From Candidatus Thorarchaeota archaeon (GTDB taxonomy: Archaea; Asgardarchaeota; Thorarchaeia; Thorarchaeales; Thorarchaeaceae), in the NCBI GenBank assembly GCA_048882385.1, contig JBHLRQ010000038.1:1-11765 (forward strand): a stretch of DNA of 11,765 nucleotides, written 5' to 3'. The notes under the pieces are model-generated. The model saw nothing but the letters and a program-made list of their open reading frames with translations, was not told the origin of the DNA and ran no database searches. A program made the position numbers and the translations under genes. Shown here one piece after another: positions 1-5,174 of this stretch (positions are counted from its first letter, which is position 1; each line of letters opens with the position of its first letter).

Positions 1-975
1 GCCCCTTCATGTCCTACAGAAACCAGCTCCTCTCCAAGAAGAGGGGAAGTTCGTCAGTTCACTGAAAGAGCATCACAGGTCAGATTAGAAACGAGTCAGA
101 GAAAATACGAACTCATCTACGAGAATCTACTTGAAGAACGCGCAAGTATTCAAAGAAAGGAATGCAGGGTTGGCATCGCCCAGATAGGAGTTTCCAAGTC
201 AAGCGATATCCTAGACGAATTCTATGAAATGAAGGCTAATGGCTTTCTAGGTCTTAGGCAGGATAAAGTCGAAGCTATAAAATCTAGAGTCATAAGCATG
301 ATAGAATTCGCCTACAGAGAAGGTGTGAACATCCTACTCTTCCCTGAAATGACCATCGACCTCAATTACAACGAATTACTAGATGACATAATCCGCCTAG
401 CTAAGGAATACCGTATGTACATCGTCCCAGGTTCATATCATGACGATGATACAAAACAGAACCTCTGTACAGTTGTAGGACCAGAAGGAATCCTTTGGAA
501 ACAGGAAAAGCACATTCCAGCTACTATTCACTATAAAGGTGAAAGGTTCACTGAGGAAATCGGAACTGGAACACTCCCAAGGCGAACGTTTGTTTGCGAC
601 ACAGAGTTTGGAAGGATTGCAATTGTAATATGCCGAGACTTTCTGGACATGGATCTGAGGGTGGAGCTAAAGAACTTTGAACCTCCAGTGGATCTAGTGC
701 TCAATCCAGCATTCACTCCGGTTACAGCAGACTTCAAGGCAGCACACTTTGATGCTCGAAGATCCATCTATGCATATTGTTTCTTTGCCAATGTTGCTGA
801 GTTCGGAGATTCGCTCATTTACACACCAGAAAAGGAACGTGTTGAAAGAAGTATACCACCAAGGGAGGAAGGTCTAATCTACAAGGATGTACAACTTTTT
901 CAACTTCGTTCAGAGCGTAAGAAGTGGGAAAAGCGGCAGGAAAAACAAAGGTCGTTTATACAAAGTACAAGATGA
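1..975 (+). CDS. Carbon-nitrogen hydrolase (nitrilase superfamily) domain protein, 5'-partial
   Basis: The frame is open from base 1, upstream of the track's ATG at 229. It contains the N-terminal RVGIAQ strand and the Glu-Lys-Cys triad motifs LLFPEM, QEKHIP and VICRDF, plus NPAF and GDSLIY. Stop TGA at 973-975. Confidence 0.88.
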   Translation, partial: APSCPTETSSSPRRGEVRQFTERASQVRLETSQRKYELIYENLLEERASIQRKECRVGIAQIGVSKSSDILDEFYEMKANGFLGLRQDKVEAIKSRVISMIEFAYREGVNILLFPEMTIDLNYNELLDDIIRLAKEYRMYIVPGSYHDDDTKQNLCTVVGPEGILWKQEKHIPATIHYKGERFTEEIGTGTLPRRTFVCDTEFGRIAIVICRDFLDMDLRVELKNFEPPVDLVLNPAFTPVTADFKAAHFDARRSIYAYCFFANVAEFGDSLIYTPEKERVERSIPPREEGLIYKDVQLFQLRSERKKWEKRQEKQRSFIQSTR

Positions 976-1004
976 GTGAGTTTTAACTCCATTTGGCAAG
1001 ATTA

Positions 1005-1020
1005 CATACAACTTTTAGGA
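1005..1020 (+). promoter_or_regulatory. Putative BRE/TATA promoter of C/D sRNA 1
   Basis: CATACAACTTTTAGGA, repeated exactly at 1135-1150. The TTTTA core lies about 25-30 nt upstream of the sRNA 5' stem at 1042. Confidence 0.6.
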
Positions 1021-1041
1021 GAAAGCCACTATTTTCTTCAC

Positions 1042-1117
1042 GTGGCATATCCGTGAGGCGGTTACCCCTGGCTGAGCTTCGGCAATGACGAGCCAAGAGC
1101 AAGCTGAGATTTGCCAC
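1042..1117 (+). ncRNA. Box C/D 2'-O-methylation guide sRNA 1
   Basis: Terminal stem GTGGCATATC/GATTTGCCAC; box C GTGAGGC (1053-1059); 12-nt guide GGTTACCCCTGG; box D' CTGA (1072-1075); GC-TTCG-GC hairpin; box C' ATGACGA (1085-1091); 12-nt guide GCCAAGAGCAAG; box D CTGA (1104-1107). Both box pairs fit K-turn geometry with a 3-nt bulge and tandem GA. Confidence 0.88.
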
Positions 1118-1134
1118 ATTATATTTCATGAATG

Positions 1135-1150
1135 CATACAACTTTTAGGA
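1135..1150 (+). promoter_or_regulatory. Putative BRE/TATA promoter of C/D sRNA 2
   Basis: Identical 16-mer CATACAACTTTTAGGA at a nearly identical distance upstream of the second sRNA (1170). Confidence 0.6.
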
Positions 1151-1169
1151 ATTGCACTTCTTTTTCACT

Positions 1170-1245
1170 GTGGCTAATCTGTGAAGCAGTTACCCCTGAC
1201 TGAGCAAAAGCTATGAAGACACGGTGAGCAGCTGAGATTTGCCAC
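1170..1245 (+). ncRNA. Box C/D 2'-O-methylation guide sRNA 2 (paralog of sRNA 1)
   Basis: Stem GTGGCTAATC/GATTTGCCAC; box C GTGAAGC (1181-1187); guide AGTTACCCCTGA; D' CTGA (1200-1203); GC-AAAA-GC; C' ATGAAGA (1213-1219); guide CACGGTGAGCAG; D CTGA (1232-1235). Same 76-nt length and box spacing as copy 1. Confidence 0.88.
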
Positions 1246-1259
1246 TCTACTGTTTGTCA

Positions 1260-1268
1260 TTTTAAAAA
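1260..1268. terminator. Possible bidirectional T-tract terminator between sRNA 2 (+) and the small ORF (-)
   Basis: TTTTAAAAA gives T4 on + and T5 on -, between convergent transcription units. Confidence 0.4.
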
Positions 1269-1270
1269 CT

Positions 1271-1517
1271 GGAGTTATGGCCGAAACCAAGAGCTGGGAG
1301 GAGAGAGATTGGACACCCATGTCCCTTTGTTGAAGACTACACTCCAGATGTAAGAATAAGTCGATTCTTCTCGAGTGCCACTCCAAATTCCTGCCCTTCG
1401 TCATCAAAGAGTAAGACATCGTCCTCCTTTACGAAGACCTTCACAGTCTTACGTAATTTCCGGGAGGGGATCTTCCTCATTGAAATGACATAAGTTTCGG
1501 CCAATGCTTCTAACTCC
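1271..1517. repeat. Long-range inverted repeat enclosing the small ORF
   Basis: GGAGTTA (1271-1277) pairs with TAACTCC (1511-1517), and TGGCCGAAAC (1278-1287) pairs with GTTTCGGCCA (1494-1503). This gives 17 perfect bp with a 7-nt bulge. Confidence 0.8.
1337..1504 (-). CDS. Small hypothetical protein, 55 aa (absent from the ORF track)
   Basis: Manual translation from TTG at 1504, with GGAG 9 nt upstream: MAETYVISMRKIPSRKLRKTVKVFVKEDDVLLFDDEGQEFGVALEKNRLILTSGV*, TAG at 1339-1337. Alternative ATG at 1480 gives 47 aa. Composition is protein-like, with a basic N-half and beta-strand patterns. Confidence 0.6.
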   Translation of the reverse strand: MAETYVISMRKIPSRKLRKTVKVFVKEDDVLLFDDEGQEFGVALEKNRLILTSGV

Positions 1518-1859
1518 GACGGATGCGGTAGTGGTGCGACAGTCTAAGAGGGATGCAAGACTTAAGACTATGATATCATTTTGACTATATATACAAGAAC
1601 GTGACAAAACAAGCCTCTCAAATGACCGGAAATCAAATTTCTTTCAAGTTTCCCCAAAGAGTAGTAAGTGCACAGTTGTTAACAATGGCAAACAATGTTC
1701 AGCAGTTACATCTAGGATTTAATGAACTTAACAGATGGCCAAATCATTTCAAGCAACAAATCCCAGATCTGAACATAGCTATTCGTCATTAAGCAAGTTG
1801 AATCCTAATCGATTCCAGCATGTGAATATCGTTCTAGATTTTGAAGTATTGTTAGTACA

Positions 1860-3353
1860 TTAGGGATTATACGCAAATGGATGCCTTGCAGAATCCTTCC
1901 TCCTAATGATTTCCTCAACACTATGCCTACCTTCAATAGCACGACGCAATGCATGTCGTGTAGATATGAAGTTGTTAATGTGGACACGAGTCGGATTTAC
2001 GGCACTTGGATGAACGAACACATTTACAGCAATAACCAGATCAGGAACCAGTTCCTCGGGTATGATTGCGTCTGTAATGGTCCGACGTATCGCATCAGAA
2101 ACAGCCTTCTGTGCAACGTCATAGACCATCTTCTTATGTTTCTCTGAAGTGATTGTCACTGTAGGAGCGAAGACAGTCTTCAGTTCTAGATTCTTGATTA
2201 TGTTTGAGGGGTGTGTGTCTTCAATAATTTTTCCTGCGTTTTCGAGTGCAAATCCTACTGGACCACTTCGCATTCCCATGACAAGGTCAACATGAGCAAT
2301 TTCACTGCCTCCTCCAAACAATGCTTCACCATGAAGTAATGTTAGATCTTTAACAACATCAGGTACCATGCCAACAGCTTTGGGATAGTTCTCACTTACG
2401 AGAGATCGGTCGCCCATCTTGAAGACTACTTCTCCTCTTGGAATCAGCTGAAGGTCTTCCAAACATGTTCTAATTTCATCATGCATGTCATATCCAAGAC
2501 TGTCACCTACTTGTAGCGGGAGCTTCGCTGGACCAACTGACACTCCCATCATATTGAGGGCTGCTTTCACGGCAAGACCTCCACCATTATTGACGAAAAT
2601 TCGAATGAGTTTCTGAATACTTCTCTGTATAATGAGAGCTTCTTTCAGATCACCGTTTGCGAGAGCAGCTTGCATTTTGATATATCGATCAGGAAAGACA
2701 TTTGCACTAGCTAGAATTGCACCATCACATCCCGATGCAAGAGCGGGTAATGCTACTTCATCATGACCAACAACAACCTGAAAGTGCTCGGGCTTTCGAA
2801 CAAGGATGGTTGTTAGATTGACAAGATCACCGCTGGAATCCTTCATCCCAATTATTCCATCAATATCTCTGAGCCCATCAACTAAGGTCCAGTGTATTGG
2901 TACACCAGTCACTTGAGGAATATTGTATACGAAGATAGGAATGTCACTATTGTTTGCAACTCGCTCAAAGTGATCATAAATCTCTTTGTCAGATGGTTTG
3001 AGGAAATATGGCGAAACAACAAGAGCTGCAGATGCTCCAAATTCTGCGGCTTTTCGTGTCAATTTGACAACGTCACCAGTATATGCAGCCCCGGTTCCAG
3101 CCATAACAGGGACTCGACCCTTAGCAGCGTCGCACGCTATTCTAATGCATTCAACTTTCTCATCAAATTTCATGCTAGTGAATTCACCAGTTGTACCACA
3201 AGGGACTATTCCAGTTGCTCCACTTTTTATGACATAGTCAATTAGTCGACGATACTGTTTTTCGTTTACACCATTTTCATCGAGTGGAGTCACAAGTGCT
3301 GGGTAAACACCCTGAAAGCGATATTCTCCTTCTGACACTTTGCTTACCTCCAT
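1860..3353 (-). CDS. DapA/DHDPS-family class I aldolase fused to a C-terminal formaldehyde-activating enzyme (Fae) domain
   Basis: N-terminal ~300 aa has GVYPALVTP, GTTGEF, YNIP and the Schiff-base Lys in GMKDSSG. The C-terminus has GEALFGGGSEIAHVDLVMG, VFVHP and a terminal RHPF, typical of Fae. The real start is probably GTG at 3338, preceded by GGAGGT. Confidence 0.88.
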   Translation of the reverse strand: MEVSKVSEGEYRFQGVYPALVTPLDENGVNEKQYRRLIDYVIKSGATGIVPCGTTGEFTSMKFDEKVECIRIACDAAKGRVPVMAGTGAAYTGDVVKLTRKAAEFGASAALVVSPYFLKPSDKEIYDHFERVANNSDIPIFVYNIPQVTGVPIHWTLVDGLRDIDGIIGMKDSSGDLVNLTTILVRKPEHFQVVVGHDEVALPALASGCDGAILASANVFPDRYIKMQAALANGDLKEALIIQRSIQKLIRIFVNNGGGLAVKAALNMMGVSVGPAKLPLQVGDSLGYDMHDEIRTCLEDLQLIPRGEVVFKMGDRSLVSENYPKAVGMVPDVVKDLTLLHGEALFGGGSEIAHVDLVMGMRSGPVGFALENAGKIIEDTHPSNIIKNLELKTVFAPTVTITSEKHKKMVYDVAQKAVSDAIRRTITDAIIPEELVPDLVIAVNVFVHPSAVNPTRVHINNFISTRHALRRAIEGRHSVEEIIRRKDSARHPFAYNP

Positions 3354-4741
3354 ATTCCTCCTAGCGCTGATTCCACAGCTTGCTGCGTAGCTGCTGTTAT
3401 CTCACGCCGATCTCTAAGGTTGAGATCAATATCTAGAGCCAAGATGGTAACATCATTGTTCACTGAATTCTTTGGAATCTTACCATCCTCCAAGAAGCCA
3501 GCAATAGCTTTGGCAGTTCCTGATTGTACAGGTCCGTAAAATAGAGAGGCTTGTCGCATAGACTCAATCTTTCTGATAGGCATCATGAGACTACTTGGTT
3601 TGACTGCAAGATTTGGCTCAAGAATTACTGTCAATGCCTCATATCCAATCTTGGGAGTTGTTAGAAGTTGAACAAAACTCCGACCAATCGGTCCATTTTT
3701 GGAACCAGTTACAATACCAACAGAAACAGTGGCATTCGATGCATTACTTGTTTTTATTGAGGGGGACTCTTCGATTCTAAGTCCTTGTTTGGAAAGTATG
3801 TCAAGAATCTGGATATCAGTGTTTACTGGTGAATGGGTTAGGTTTTCAATCAGACCCATTTTTTCAAGCTCTATTCGAATCTCTTCCTTAATCTCAGGAG
3901 TGAGTGTCCCACCAGTATTCAATGGCATTCTACTCTTTCCAGCTTTTATACCTAGCATTCTGAGTGCGGCTTTAACTGGAGGTGCTGCTCCAAATTTCAG
4001 TACCATTCTGGCAAAGGTCTGCGTAGTCCTTTGAAGCTCTGCAGCTTCCTCGATCTTACCTTCTTTTACTTTCTTCATGATATCCAACCAGAGATGAGGA
4101 ATTACATTGGCAGAAGCCATTATAGCTGCATTAGAACCTGCGATGACTGCAGACAGAAAGTTTTCATCAGCCCCACAGAGGACTTCCATCTTGCCTTTTA
4201 GTTTCTGGATCAATTCAAGTAGATATGGAACACTACCACTGCTATCTTTTATCCCAACAATGTTATCCAATTGAGCGAGATCTTCAACTACGTTCGTATT
4301 TAGAACTCCCAATGTGCATTGAGGAATATTATAGAGAATAATTGGGAGGTCACCTTTTCTTGCAATTGTAGCATAGTGTTCATAATAGCCCTTATCAGCT
4401 GGTCTCAGGTAGTAAGGAGAAATGACAAGAGCGGCGTCACAACCTAGATCAGCTGCATATTTTGTCAATTTGACTGTAGCATCGGTTGTATGTAATCCAG
4501 TTCCAGCAATTATTGGCACCCTCCCATCAACAAAATCTACAGTGATCTTTAGAAGCTTCTTTCGTTCTTCTGTCCTCATATAGGAGAACTCACCAGTTGT
4601 TCCAGCAGGAACTACTCCCGTGGCACCCTTATCAATGACATATTCAATGACCTGTTTGAAACCCTCTTCACTTATGTCGCCATCACGAGTGAATGGTGTC
4701 ACCAAGGCGGGCATAACACCTTGTGGTTTGAATCTACTCAC
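3344..4741 (-). CDS. DapA/DHDPS-family class I aldolase fused to a degenerate Fae-like domain
   Basis: GVMPALVTPF, GTTGEF, YNIP and GIKDSSG. The C-terminal GPIGRSF...GYEALTVILEPNLAVKPSSLMMP...LFYGPVQSGTAKAI matches the Fae core but lacks the AHIDL histidine motif. GTG start with GGTGAT SD. Confidence 0.85.
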   Translation of the reverse strand: MSRFKPQGVMPALVTPFTRDGDISEEGFKQVIEYVIDKGATGVVPAGTTGEFSYMRTEERKKLLKITVDFVDGRVPIIAGTGLHTTDATVKLTKYAADLGCDAALVISPYYLRPADKGYYEHYATIARKGDLPIILYNIPQCTLGVLNTNVVEDLAQLDNIVGIKDSSGSVPYLLELIQKLKGKMEVLCGADENFLSAVIAGSNAAIMASANVIPHLWLDIMKKVKEGKIEEAAELQRTTQTFARMVLKFGAAPPVKAALRMLGIKAGKSRMPLNTGGTLTPEIKEEIRIELEKMGLIENLTHSPVNTDIQILDILSKQGLRIEESPSIKTSNASNATVSVGIVTGSKNGPIGRSFVQLLTTPKIGYEALTVILEPNLAVKPSSLMMPIRKIESMRQASLFYGPVQSGTAKAIAGFLEDGKIPKNSVNNDVTILALDIDLNLRDRREITAATQQAVESALGGIWR

Positions 4742-4849
4742 AGAATCACCAAGATATCGAGCAAATTGGTGGTGTATAAATGACCTTCGCTTGACGAGTT
4801 GGGACAGAAAAACAGAAGGCGATATATGGACTCAATGCATTTGAGAGAT
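4742..4849. promoter_or_regulatory. Divergent promoter region (aldolase-Fae pair / cutA)
   Basis: TTTATA on the minus strand near 4775-4780 precedes the aldolase gene. ATATAT near 4822-4827 lies about 25 nt before the cutA ATG at 4850, consistent with a leaderless mRNA. Confidence 0.4.
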
Positions 4850-5173
4850 ATGCCAGATTACGTGGTTGCTCTCACTACATGTCCAAAGGATCAGAGCGAA
4901 GGACTTGCGCGTAGTTTAGTTGAAGAGAAAGCCTGTGCATGTGTCAACATCATTTTCAATGTGAAAAGTATCTACCACTGGAAAGACGAAATTGTTGTAG
5001 ATGAGGAAGCTATTCTAATTATGAAAACTGAAGTGGACCACAAAGAAGTACTTTGGAAAGCAATCAAGAGAAAACACCCCTACGAAGTTCCCGAATTTGT
5101 TGTCTTACCTATCAAATGGGGTTCTCAGGATTATCTCAACTGGATATCAGCTAGCATTGAATTGTCGGGATGA
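4850..5173 (+). CDS. cutA: CutA divalent-cation tolerance protein
   Basis: VALTTCP, LVEEKACACVNI, SIYHWKDEI, E.ILIMKT and HPYEVPE...YLNWI are CutA1 motifs. Start moved from 4799 to ATG 4850 (about 107 aa, the normal family length). Confidence 0.93.
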   Translation: MPDYVVALTTCPKDQSEGLARSLVEEKACACVNIIFNVKSIYHWKDEIVVDEEAILIMKTEVDHKEVLWKAIKRKHPYEVPEFVVLPIKWGSQDYLNWISASIELSG

Positions 5174-5174
5174 A

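Larger units (their letters stand above)
1005..1245 (+). repeat. Diverged tandem duplication, unit about 130 nt (promoter plus sRNA)
   Basis: 1005-1117 versus 1135-1245 share CATACAACTTTTAGGA, GTGGC, GTTACCCCTG, CTGAGC and GCTGAGATTTGCCAC. Confidence 0.9.

Noticed and set aside
1005-1245. CRISPR mini-array, or tRNA genes (76-nt units with a paired terminus)
   Set aside because: There are only two diverged units with no repeat-spacer periodicity and no cas genes. There is no cloverleaf or T-loop GTTCRA. The C/D box architecture explains all conserved blocks.
1174-1419. 81-aa minus-strand ORF from the track
   Set aside because: It runs antisense through sRNA 2 and overlaps the better-supported 55-aa ORF in another frame. 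Its composition is atypical.
1271-1517. RNase P or SRP RNA (terminal helix; GAGGAAGATCC on the minus strand resembles RNase P CR-I)
   Set aside because: There is no complementary CR-V/P4 segment at the 3' end and no SRP helix 8 motif. A clean small ORF with an SD occupies the region.
1271-1517. MITE with terminal inverted repeats
   Set aside because: One arm is interrupted by 7 nt, no target-site duplication flanks it, and there is no second copy or transposase in the window. A genome-wide copy search would be needed to exclude it fully.
1601-1792. 63-aa plus-strand ORF
   Set aside because: GTG start without an SD, Q/N-rich, and no recognisable motif. It cannot be supported, although this ~300-nt gap remains unexplained.
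1860-4741. Calling either aldolase dapA (lysine biosynthesis)
   Set aside because: The ASA-binding Arg is absent, both carry Fae-like fusions, and no dap/lys genes are nearby.
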